From contig BDGG01000011.1 of NCBI GenBank assembly GCA_001949185.1, positions 1-64,000 on the forward strand: a DNA stretch of 64,000 bases, given 5' to 3'. Within the stretch, counting starts at the first letter, position 1; each line of letters starts with the position of its first letter. Below are positions 48,208-58,957 of the stretch, in pieces. The notes beneath the pieces were generated by a model. That model did no database searches. It saw nothing but the letters and a program-made list of their open reading frames with translations, and had not been told where the DNA came from. Source of the DNA: Ramazzottius varieornatus (taxonomy: Eukaryota > Animalia > Tardigrada). The position numbers were made by a program, and so were the translations under genes.

Positions 48208-49270
48208 TTAAAATTTGATGGGAATGAATTCCGTCAAGACGCTTCTAGGCACTTTGCTAACAGTTCCTCCGATGGCCTTCAGTGCGCTCATTGAAACATG
48301 ATTTTCAGGCTCAACATAGGCATACGAGGAAGTTTCGTTAAGATCTCTCGCAGTTTCATCAAGAGTTCGTACGTGACAATCTTGAACAGACCGTCTCCTG
48401 GATGGCCAGGACTGACAAATCCAGTACCGAAACACCCTTCCGGGTGCCGAAGGATGTAGGCTGCTGCCGTGTTCAACCTGGTTTCGAAGATTGCAACATT
48501 GGAGAGTTTTGCCAAGACGGATCGAAGGAATAGAACTTTGTTCTTTGGGTTTCCTGCAGAACCCTGATCGATGTCATGCACTACTTGTTTCCCGTAGTCT
48601 AAAGTCAGGGACCCCACACGATAGCCCTCTGGGAGCGTATACCTGGAGCCCAGTGTGGTTCCATACTTGACTATTCACATTTTTCTTCCGGAGGCTCATG
48701 ACGTCACCGGAAGTGAAAATGCCAGACTTGGAGATGGTTGTTTGATGAAAGGCGTCTGTTGCGGCTAGTTTTTTTCTTCCATTCTTGGCTCTGGCTATGA
48801 CGGGTCAACTTTCGCCTACGTTCTGAGAGTGGAATTTAGCGAACTCCATCCTCGTTTTAGGAAGATATGTCAGTGTGAAGCGCTGTCGTCAAAGCATGCT
48901 GTACTTCGGTGCAGCACATGTTGACAATCATCGAATCAAGGCCTTCGTTGTACTGCGAACGCGGAACGGTTAGAACTTTGTCCATTCTCCCTGAGCTGCC
49001 TTATGAGCGCCAGCTAATTTTACTGTGATCTCGCAACTGGCAACGCCACCTTCAGAACTTGACTGGACAAAGTATGCTCGTGGCCAAAGTAGGGCCTCGC
49101 TCCTCGTACAGACCCACAATACGTCACACCAGTTCAGGGCCAAGTCGATTGCGCTGCAGTTTCCATCGTGATGAGTAAGCACTCACGACATTGATCCTAC
49201 CGCGTTCCGAAGGTGGTACAGTACGGCCCCTGAAGCAAAGATGGTGTCCGCATGGGCATTCTTAGAGCTA
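48208..49270 (-). pseudogene. GNAT (glycine-N-acyltransferase C / FR47-like) acetyltransferase pseudogene, apparently intronless
   Basis: LPEGYRVGSLT...AAYILRHPEGCFGTGFVSPGHPGDGLFKIV (motif A), then a frameshift to YAYVEPENHVSMSALKAIG (motif B). Stops upstream. Confidence 0.7.
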
Positions 49271-49543
49271 CGGTTTGAATGACCATTGGTATTTGGTACG
49301 ACAGAGTGCTTTCGCCCTGGAGGATCTTGTGGCCGACGGTGTAGTGGACTCAGTAAGCGCAGTTGGGCCTCTACCTATTCCCATGTTGAATTGCTAGGTC
49401 CTGCGCGGTTTCCGAGCTTGGCTGTAAAGACGCACAGTACGTGTTTTTCGGATGAGCGAGTTTCACCGGGATTCTCTAGCGGATGCGTCATCTGCCCGAA
49501 GCTTTTGTCAATCATACTGCCTTCCGAAGTCAATAGATTAACC

Positions 49544-52500
49544 ATGCAAGCAGCTACCACCGAGGAAACGCCACCACTCGATCCAAAGCTTGTGCCACTG
49601 CAACCATTTGTCGAAGCGGGAAAAGGCAACCAGACTGCCTTGTTGTCCGATTTCGAATGGAATCCCATATCCGCAGGTGACCGACCGCTACCGGCAGCAG
49701 ATGATGTTACACCGTGGTTCCGAAACCGCGGTGGTGACGGTGACATCAGTGCTGTCGGACGACCCCTGACTCGAAGAATGACCGAATCCATGACCGACGA
49801 AACGTTTCAAGATCAGTACAAGCGGGTAATGTGTTAGCGTCTTCACGGCACTACTGTAAGGCCTTCTTTCGACAACCAAAAACTCCCAGGAGTTTCGTTT
49901 GTTTACTTTTTACAGGCTTTCGAAGGCAATGTACCGCAAATATTCATCCCCATGCGGTTCCGCCTCCCTGACCTTCCCTTCAAAAAGGTCCAACAAAGGC
50001 AAGTTGAGGTACCTGATGGTACAGCAAAAACTTTTGCGCTTACATTTTCTTCCTCTATCCGGACAGAATACTATTTTGTAAAATTCGGCATATCTGAACT
50101 ACCAGTCGGGAGCTCGAGTCGAAACTTTCATCTCATACAGTGCTGAAAATGCATCCCTTCCGGTGGTCACGTGGTCTTCTAACATCATTTAAGGTAACTA
50201 ACGTCACGTGAGCACCGGAAGGAATGCATTTTCAACACTGTATTAGGACCAATGCATGGGTCCGCTCGGACCTTTTTTCTACGGTATGTTCGATTCGTTA
50301 TATTCGGCTTTTGCCTTTCAGTTAGATGAGGGGTTGAGTCTGTATCTTCCAACCACCCTTCTCGACGATGAGTTCAAGACCCAGTTAGACGAAGAGATAA
50401 TCCGGCTGATGCCTCACTACGCCGACTTCAAGCGGTACTTTGAAGTCAGCGATGGCCGGAGTGCGCCGCCTGTCGTCGATGAGGAAACATGGATCATTCA
50501 GAAACGCTACTCCAGGCTATGTACCCGCTTCAAAGCCAGACGTCAATTACTTGGTCACTTTCTCCGTCGAACTTGGAAAGCCACCATGGCAAATTCCACC
50601 ACAAAGCCGAGCAGCACTATCAGCGAGCTCGGAGCGTTCCGACGTTCCAGACCTGACTGGCAATCTTACGTCCTTTTTGTGCGAACATTCGCTCACCGGT
50701 ACGATTTTCTGCCGAACCTGCTCGGAGGTCCACTGAAAGCGGTTCCTCCAAACCCTACGAAGAACAACTTGACTTCGATGGCGAATGAGCTGATCAAAGC
50801 TCGGAAGGACGAGAAAAGCAGTGATCGTGAATGGAGAAAGCCTTTGTTGACGCAGTACAAAACGCTGAGAATGACAAAGCGAATCGCGAAACGTAAGGCC
50901 GAACCGGCTGAGATGGAAACCGGAAAAGCATCCGGGGAGAAAGCCAAGTCCCCAGCCACGAAAGCCGAAGAACCTGTTGAAGGTACCGTGAACAAAATAA
51001 CACTCCTTTTGAACACTATCCTAAATTCTACATTTAGTTGTTCTTTTGTAGCTAAAAGCTTTGCGCCAAAGACTTTCCGCCAGAAACTCAAAGACGGCCG
51101 GAAAATACTGAGCGAACGAAAAGAATCTGCTGCGAAGGGCAGCAAAGCTACGGCAAGAGTCAACCTGAAGAACACGGGACAATCCAACCTCGAAGACACT
51201 GTACAATGCAGTGTTGACAGTCAGCGCGAAGAAAGGAAAGAAGCGAGACGGAAGCGTCGTGAAGCCCGTCAGGCATGCCAACAGGGTTTGGCATCTCCCC
51301 CGGAACCAGCTAACCCATTTAGTGTCCCCATACAAGGAATTGATCAGCTGTTTCTCTGGGATAGTAACGCCACTTCAATTGAAACTCAGATGAATCAAGA
51401 TCTGACCACGGCAAGTCCGAGAACCAACGGAGAAAATGAAACGGATGATCCACGGGATAGAATAGCGGAAAAGCTGACTTCGCATTTAGCAAACGACAAC
51501 GACCAACCATTTCGGAGGTCGCCGAGATTTTCTGCGTTTGATGAAAACGATCCCGAAGAAGACGAATGGACTGCGGATGAACTGTGGCAGGATAACCCTG
51601 AAGAAAACCTGACGAGCGACGCTGGCGACGACTCCAGCGAGTTCTCACCGGGCAACTTAAGTCAAACATCGGATCAGAAAGGAAGAAACGGAACAACGTC
51701 GACATGCCCAGACGAGCCTAATGCGACGATCGGTATCTTGCCTGATTCTGACGGTACTACGGTCGGCACAGTAGAGCAAATATCCGGCTACGAACGATGG
51801 AGGAAGGCAAAAGCCAGTTGGGAGAAGGCACCACCGAAGCGAGAAGCCATATGGAGGAAGCGAACCAAGACAAGAGAAACGAAGAACTTTCACCGGATGT
51901 TAAGTCGGACTTCGGATCGCGATCCAACCTACCGCGCACTTCGAAGGGAAGGATTACGGACTCCGGAAGGAGGACCGCGGTCAGGTACAGACGACGACGA
52001 CGACGACGAAGAAGAAGAGCTTATTGAAACTCCGCGAGATACTGCTACCAGCACAGCGATACCTACTACAGACAGCGCACGAAAAAAGTCTCTTTCTGTG
52101 GACAAGAATGTTGCAGGAAGCGTTGGAGCGGCCTCGAGCGCACCCTATTCTATGCGCGATCAAACAGGTGCTCCTCTCTGGGAATCAGGCACAGCGGTAA
52201 GATTGCAAGGGGCGAACCAAGAAGGATCAGTCCTCGACAACGAACCTACCGTCTCTCTGCGAGTCCCCAAAGTTAGGATGGCCCAACCGGATAGCGAGCC
52301 AGCCACGTCGAAGGAAAGGCACTACGAAGGTATGGATGTGGAAAGACTTTCAAGACGGCACCAGGATATTACAGACACCCAGCGTGCGGGAACCCAGTTA
52401 CGAGGCAGGAATGGTAATACATTCCACAGTTCTAACTAGGATTCTGGTGGTTCTATGAAATACATTGCATTTTTGGTTAGGAAACCCGCGTGGCGCGGCT

Positions 52501-53598
52501 TACCATCGTACTTTGGAAGTGGAGTCAGGAATTCCGGAGGTACAATCCAGCATGCAGTCTACTTTGGCTCCCTCCTTTACTTCCGTTGAGTCGAGCGCAC
52601 CGTCCAGCAGAGCTGCTAGTCCGCAGCTGTACATGGGTAGTGGCATCACTGGCATGAACGCAAACCCGATAGTCAAGCCGATAAGTAACACCAGTTTCCA
52701 GGAGCCCACTTTCAGCACGCCCCTATGCCGTCGCTGTCACAAACCTAGGAAGTGGAGAAAACTTAGCGTTAACAGTGAAAGGAAATCGTCCAGAGGATGG
52801 CGAAGTTTCAAACAGCCCGTACAGGTGGACAGTCCGCCTACACCACTTTTCTTATCTTCAGCACCAGTTCCGTCTCGGGATCCCAACGAGACGGAAACTC
52901 ACGAAATTTTCCAGCCTTCAAGACATTCTGAAAGCACAAAGGGTAATGATGAGCAGACCAAGACAAAATTTTCAAGACTTTCTGTACTCGATACCGTGAA
53001 GAAACTTGACAACGCCATATTGACAAGTGGCCGCTACCACCGCCACCATTCTGACAAATTACACTCACCTGTCACCAACGATATCCAACTCTTCGCCGTC
53101 ATGAATACGAAGGAAGGGGAGAAGATAACGGAATGTGACTGTGGTCCTCCAGACAAAATTGGTTTATCCACGTACCTCGAGACCGATGAGGACTACGTGG
53201 AGCGGAAACGCCACCTGGAAAATATTCAACCTCGTTACTACCATAAACATTCGAAACACGTTCAGAAATCGGAAAGCCCGCCGAAAGCTGAAAAAACATC
53301 CATCAAAGTCCGAGGCTTATTGAAGGAAGCTCGTTCTACTGGTCAGCAGAAAATTCGCGGAGTAGCTGCCAATATGACGGCAAAACAAAAGATTCTCGTT
53401 ACGAAGAGCAATACTAATATGAGTACTCACCAGAAAGAGCACCATGAAACCACCGGGGAACGCATCGGAGAAGCACCGGACGTACGTTTGAACCACGCAG
53501 GCGAGTTGCATCGAATCCACCGAGATGGAGATTCTCAAAATTTGCCGCGCTTCATGCGAAAATGGAAGCAGTTACGAGATTTTACCCGCTCCTCTTGA
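49544..53598 (+). CDS. Large orphan multi-exon protein with a helical N-terminal part and long charged/disordered regions
   Basis: Exons 49544-49825 and 49916-50008, then from 50322 onward, are joined in frame by GT-AG introns. Long ORFs 50256-52439 and 52465-53598. No family recognised; downstream exon borders are uncertain. Confidence 0.6.
50136..50242. mobile_element. Tc1/pogo-type MITE (TA|CAGTG ends) in an intron
   Basis: TA|CAGTGCTGAAAATGCATCCCTTCCGGTG...CACCGGAAGGAATGCATTTTCAACACTG|TA. Confidence 0.88.
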
Positions 53599-53616
53599 TT
53601 TTCTACACTATTTCTG

Positions 53617-54165
53617 ACTTACAGAGGGATTTTTCCAGTCCACCGTTTCCGATCTTCAAACCGACATCCTAGGTCGATATAGAAGAGTTTCCTATATCCT
53701 CTGAGCCAAAAACCCAGTCATCCTTCCGTTTCTGGAATAAACTGGAGAGTTTGGAATTCATAGTCCAGTGACCGCTACTGTGCGCCGCGATGACGTAAAA
53801 ATCGTGATTGCCACTTTGATTAACCATAAACGATCAGCTGATCGCCTGTACTGTTGACTTTCCACCTCACGACACGCCTGAGCATGCTAGAAACACACAA
53901 GAGCAAGCCGTCCGCTGCATAGTCAACAGTAGGGGCGATCAGCTTGTCGTTTTGTAGTCCATCAAAGTGCAATCAAGAAAATTTTACGTCATTGCGGCGC
54001 ACAGTAGCGGTCACTGGATTATGACTTCCCAACTCTCCAGTTTATTCCACGAACAGGGTGATAACTAGGTTTCGGCTCAGACGATAGAGGAAACTCTTCT
54101 CTATCGACCTGGGATGTCGGTTTGAGGATCAGAAGCGGCGGTTTGGAAAAATCCTCTTGTTAGTC
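53617..54165. mobile_element. Foldback element with arms of about 240 nt, related to 3689-4185
   Basis: Arms pair along their length, e.g. tccagtgaccgctactgtgcgccgcgatgacgtaaaa with ttttacgtcattgcggcgcacagtagcggtcactgga. It shares the blocks ctggaataaact, tacgtca(c/t)tgcggc and cgatcagctg with the 3.7-kb element. Confidence 0.88.
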
Positions 54166-54345
54166 TGCTATTCGACTGCTTATTTCGTACTTAATCGGCT
54201 AAGCATTGCCAGTTTTTCTTTTCCTGGGGGAAACGCAGAAACTGAATCAAACAGCAGAAGAAATTTTGGGTTACATTTCCGGACAGATAACATCCGGCTG
54301 ATGAGTTCCCTGAATTGAGAATCATGACTCAGTTGTGAAGAAAGT

Positions 54346-55512
54346 TCAAGTATTTCCCTGTTCCTTTGGTGCATCAGCTTTGGGAACAATCGGTACCCCA
54401 TTCCTCGTCGTGCTGGGCTTCCGGAAAGCGATCCTGGACTTTATTCCATGTCGTTGTCGGAACCACATGATCCACGTGTGTGAAGCCTTGAAAGTCTTCT
54501 CCTTGACCACGGCGTTGATTTCCTGTGCGTATTGCTTGATTTCTTTATCCGACAGTATCCGTCCCTCTTTCATCTCATCCCGGCACTTGATAATTAACCG
54601 TTGCTCCACTTCCTTCACTCGCGTATACCGCGTCCCCAGTCCATCGGGGCACTCTTTGCGAAACTGGTGGACCCACTGGACTGAGGCAGCGAAATCTTTC
54701 AGCTGCACCTCTTCATTAGCTTGCAGTGCGTACTTTTTAATAGCTGCATCGGGAATGGCTTCGCCGCGTTCCTTGGCTGCCCGCACCAGTTCCGTCGTTT
54801 TATTCGTGAGCCACTTGAGCTTATCCAGCCTAGAGCCACCTTCTTCCAGTTGTTTCTCCCACCGACGCAGCGTTTCGCAGTTTCGAGCGCGAGCGAACTT
54901 ATTTATTACACTGCTCAGACGTCTTCTTTTCTTAGTTTTCGTATTGCTCCAATATGCAACTGCCCGCTTCTTGTAGTCAAAACTGACAACCTCCTTAGAA
55001 CCCTTGGAAGAAGGCTTTGCTTCCTCTTCAGGCTCGGCAAAAGCTGGATCTTCTTCTACAGGCTGTCCTTCTCGCAAACGCTTCTGTAACAGCAGATCGG
55101 CTTCATCTGGCCCATCTTTCTCCTCAGCCATTTCTTCATCGGGTGTCTCAAAGTCGCTTTCATCGACATCCTCACTTTCTGCAGTTTCGGGTTCAACGGC
55201 AATCTCCTCCACAGGTTGGAATTTCACAATGATGGCTTCATCTACGGAAGGTGGGACAGGCATGTCCGACGGAGACAGATCATCAGCAGGGCTGAGCAGT
55301 GAGTCAATAGTGGCTGGAAGCAGGCCTTGCTTGAAGTTTATGTACAGTACTCTATCTGACTACTCTATCTGAGAAGTTCATCATCGTAACTTACCACGGA
55401 GACGTTGTCTTAGGAGAAGCTCTTCTTCGTTGACTGGTGTATCCGTGGAGTATTTCGGCTTGTAGTCATCGAGTAGAAGCAGAAGAACGTTGACTGGGTT
55501 GATGGACGCCAT
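54346..55512 (-). CDS. pogo-derived DNA-binding protein with two tandem CENP-B-type HTH modules and no DDE domain; exons 55512-55395, 55325-54346
   Basis: YKKRAVAYW...LRRWEKQLEEGG, then two modules: ...FAASVQWVHQFRK and ...FKASHTWIMWFRQRHGIKSR. The stop follows soon after; the ORF is intact. Confidence 0.8.
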
Positions 55513-55958
55513 GATACTTTAGGAGATTGGTACCAACCTGAAAGAACAGAGTACCAGACTGATAAAGCGTGGGAAACTGGAGAGAAAGAAGACTGGCCTT
55601 CTTCCAGCCGGAAATCAGTGAATAGCACCGTGTGAAGAAAGTCTAAACGAACACAGTCACGACCTGCTAAAGCGGGCCTTGCTGAGTTGATTGTCAATCA
55701 ACTCTGCAAGGCCCCCTTTACTGAACGAACAGCTGTGCTCTGTGGTTTCTTGCAGTCATAAGCTCATAGTCTTATGGCCAAATACTTCTGTGATACGTGG
55801 TCCAATCAAATTTGAAGGCTGTTAAATGTTTACGATTTACATATGAACAAATTACTTTAACTCGTTTCCGAGAACATCTCGCCACTTGGCAGTCTTCCTG
55901 ATCTTGTGATCTACGATCGTTCCTGTTACTGGTACAGAGGGAAATACGGGAGTGGAGA

Positions 55959-57153
55959 ATGAGGCTAACAGGAGTTGCGGAGGTGGGTGTAGAGTGCGAT
56001 TTGATGCATTGTTCGAACCGTGTATGAATTGTGTTACTGTGTTTTACAGGCTACTTCCTTCCTGCTCGTCATTTTTCTTCCTTCCCTTATCGCAAAAGCT
56101 TCTTCCATAGAGCAGATAAAAGACAAGAAAGCCTTCGAGAAAACGATCCGGACCCGCACGAACGTTCTCGTCCTCTTCAAAAAATCTCCCAAGGACGCAC
56201 CGGCTTCACTGCTGCAGACGCTCGAGAAAGTAGCCGACCAGCTTAAAGGGACAGCGCTCATCGCACAAGTCGACTGTTCGTCTCCCGATGCTCAGAAAGT
56301 ATGCAAGAAAGAGAAAGCTGATACTGGCGCGTACATTCTAAGGCATTACCAGAAAGGTGAATTCCACAAGGTGTATGATCGACCTGAGAATCTCAAGACG
56401 TTCCTCAGCTTCCTAAAAGATCCCACAGCAGAAGCTCCGTGGGAAGATGATCCGACGTCCAAAGATGTCCTGCATATCGAAGACAGCAAGCAGCTGAGGA
56501 CGTTTCTGAGCTCGGAGAAGAAGCCAACATTGCTGATGTTCTATGCTCCGTGTAAGTTATCTCGTTCAATCAACACTGTCAATCAAATCGTAGTTCATCA
56601 AACACAGATGATAGCAGGTCTGTCGTTTCCGACTGTATGTCGTCATGGCGGCCCGTAGCATGTGGCCTATTCTGTTACGTCAAGCTTATGCGTTTCCGTG
56701 TTTCCGCCTGTAGTCGTTGGTTGCTCCGTGGAATCTGCATGGAGCCAAGAAGAATTCTGACCGGGGTCTTGTTATGGCTTTGCAGGGTGTGGACACTGCA
56801 TGAGACTAAAGCCAGGTTACAGTGCAGCTGCGACGGAGCTGAAGAATGAAGCAGTCCTAGTAGCGATGGACGTGAACAAGCCTCACAACAACGACGTTAG
56901 GGAAGCCTTCAATATAACCGGCTTCCCGACGTTATATTACTTTCGAGACGGAAAGTTTCAGTACCCGTACGTTAATTTCCTTTCCCTAATGTGTCCGGGA
57001 GAATAAGAAAGCATGGTCAATAGGTTCGGCGGGGAGAGATCGCATCAAGGCATCGTCTCATGGATGCGCAAACCGACTCCGCCAACCAGGATGCCGGAAG
57101 TGGAGCTGCCACCGCAAGATGTCCCGATGCCAGAGCACCATGAAGAACTGTAA
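55959..57153 (+). CDS. PDIA5: PDIA5/PDIR-like protein disulfide isomerase, short form (b-a-HEEL); exons 55959-55982, 56050-56551, 56786-56966, 57024-57153
   Basis: Signal peptide; PDIR N-domain (FEKTIRTRTNVLVLF...HYQKGEFHKVYDR...FLKDP...PWEDDP); MFYAPWCGHC across an intron; ITGFPTLYYF; C-terminal HEEL*. Confidence 0.9.
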
Positions 57154-57240
57154 GCTCGAAACGGACGAGAAAGCATGTCTCAAATGTAAAACTCCGCGTG
57201 TCGTTCTCCATAACTGGGAGCTGGACACGCAAACTCAACC

Positions 57241-57313
57241 AGATCGCTCCTCCAAGTGGCGCACGCTGCCAGCCGATACTACCGACAACGTGCGCCACTT
57301 GGGCAAATGATCT
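57241..57313. repeat. CAAGTGGCGCACG hairpin element in the PDIA5-like 3' region
   Basis: agatcgctcctccaagtggcgcacg...cgtgcgccacttgggcaaatgatct. Confidence 0.75.
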
Positions 57314-57851
57314 ACTCGTATTTGTTTTCCAAGCCCACATTCTCCCGCCACGAATTGTTTTCAGTTTTACTATTCTTGTTGTTGAGTGCCTTCTTGATAG
57401 ATCATCCATCCAGTTGTTGCGCATTCTAATTTAGCACGTAAGGCTCGGTCGACCGTACCAAATCTTGCTGCTGGCAATTTATAAAGATCGTTACATTGGA
57501 CTTTCCACTGACAAGCTGACTTTCTAGCATTACGTGAAGTCGCAGTAAACGGACAAGCTTCTCGGTAAAATTACAAAACCTTATACTGTCTTATGATGAG
57601 ACACCGTTGTTGCCCGATATGCCGCCATTATCGACAAGTCAGAAGATCGCCAGCGGTCCCAAAGTTAGTGGTGCAACAGTGAAATCTTTGATTACGGGTA
57701 CGACAAGGTATTACACGATCTTCGAGAAGCCGTACTCCTCCGTATTAACCAATTAATCTGAAACCAGACTTATTAGATGCCGTAATATCGCGAAGATTTC
57801 ATAATTCCAGTCATGTGGAGATACCATGAAATCAAATCCGAAGCAGAAAGG

Positions 57852-57886
57852 TATATAATGAAATTTTAAAGCACAGTTCATCAGTC
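57852..57886 (+). promoter_or_regulatory. TATA box plus initiator of the Gly-rich gene
   Basis: TATATAA at 57852 lies 31 nt upstream of the A in TCAGTC (57881-57886), the canonical spacing. Confidence 0.65.
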
Positions 57887-57963
57887 AAGCTTCGTCGCTT
57901 TTTCTGCTTCTATCCTCACACCTTTTCAACAGGAGTAAGAAACCGAACCATTTCTGCCTCAAC

Positions 57964-58592
57964 ATGAAGTCCTTGACTCTTCTTCTGCTGACAGTGGCCA
58001 TCTTTGGTAAGTGCGAGTGGCTCGAGTCCTCAACTTGGTGTCTGCCATCGAAACTTACCCATGTTTACCATATTCTGAACTATTCCCAGGTTCAGCTAAA
58101 GGCTACGGTCAGTACGGTGGTGGAATCGGCGGCGGAAGTGGCGGCCTCGGTTTCGGTGGAGGAGGTTTCGGCGGTGGGGGATTTGGTCTCGGTGGAATCG
58201 GCCTCGGTGGTGGAGGCTTTGGAGGTGGCTTTAATGGCGGATTTGGCGGAATCGGCGGTTTTGGAGGGGGTGGATTCGGCTTGTTCGATAGCCCGCTTTT
58301 CGATAGCCCGTTGTTCAACGTCGACTTGAGTGAGTTCAACGACCCCTTCTTCAACTCTGGATTTGGAGGTGGTCATGGAGGCGGATTCTACGGTAACAAC
58401 ATGGGTGGTTATGGCGGTCATGCTGGTGGTGGTGGATATGGAAACAATGGCGGAAGTTATGGGAATAATAATGGAGGTGGGCGTTACAAGCGTCAGACTA
58501 TCCTAAGTGATGGTCAGCGAGGACAGCGAACTTCAAACAGAAATATGCGCCGTAATCCTGTTCGATCAAACAACATGCGTCTTCGTATGTAA
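57964..58592 (+). CDS. Secreted glycine-rich precursor (GGF/GGY repeats, RYKR cleavage site); exons 57964-58006, 58090-58592
   Basis: Signal peptide MKSLTLLLLTVAIFG|SAKG, Gly/Phe/Tyr repeats, an acidic island, GGGRYKR and an Arg/Asn-rich tail. AATAAA near 58763. Confidence 0.88.
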
Positions 58593-58957
58593 TTCGCCCT
58601 TACGTTAGTGCCAAAGTCTACTGTTTTGCCGTCGGCGGTTTTTGACTTTTTGTAATGTCGTTTTCAGAACCAAGATACTCTCCTGTTTTGTACCGTCTGT
58701 TTTTCTACGTTTGTACAGTATAGTGTACAGTGTATAGTTCTTTGACCCGCGGTTTTGTATCGAATAAAACATGTGCACTTCCCACAAAAAATGAATCATT
58801 TGGAAATACTGAAAGGTTCAAACAGTAAAATCTTGTGAAATCCAAAAGGTGAGAGAAAAGTTAGGCAAAAAGATTTATTACAGTAGTAGAAGCTAACTAA
58901 CGTAAAGTTTCACGAAAGGAAATTCCTTGGAATTGAATTTGGATGAAACTTTGCAGG

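Noticed and set aside
49544-53598. Identification as Dsup or a CAHS/SAHS/MAHS protein
   Set aside because: Size and composition do not fit; only one short motif resembles HMGN/Dsup.
58109-58354. Proline-rich (extensin-like) ORF on the minus strand
   Set aside because: It is the antisense shadow of GGN codons in the Gly-rich gene, which has the signal peptide, intron and promoter.
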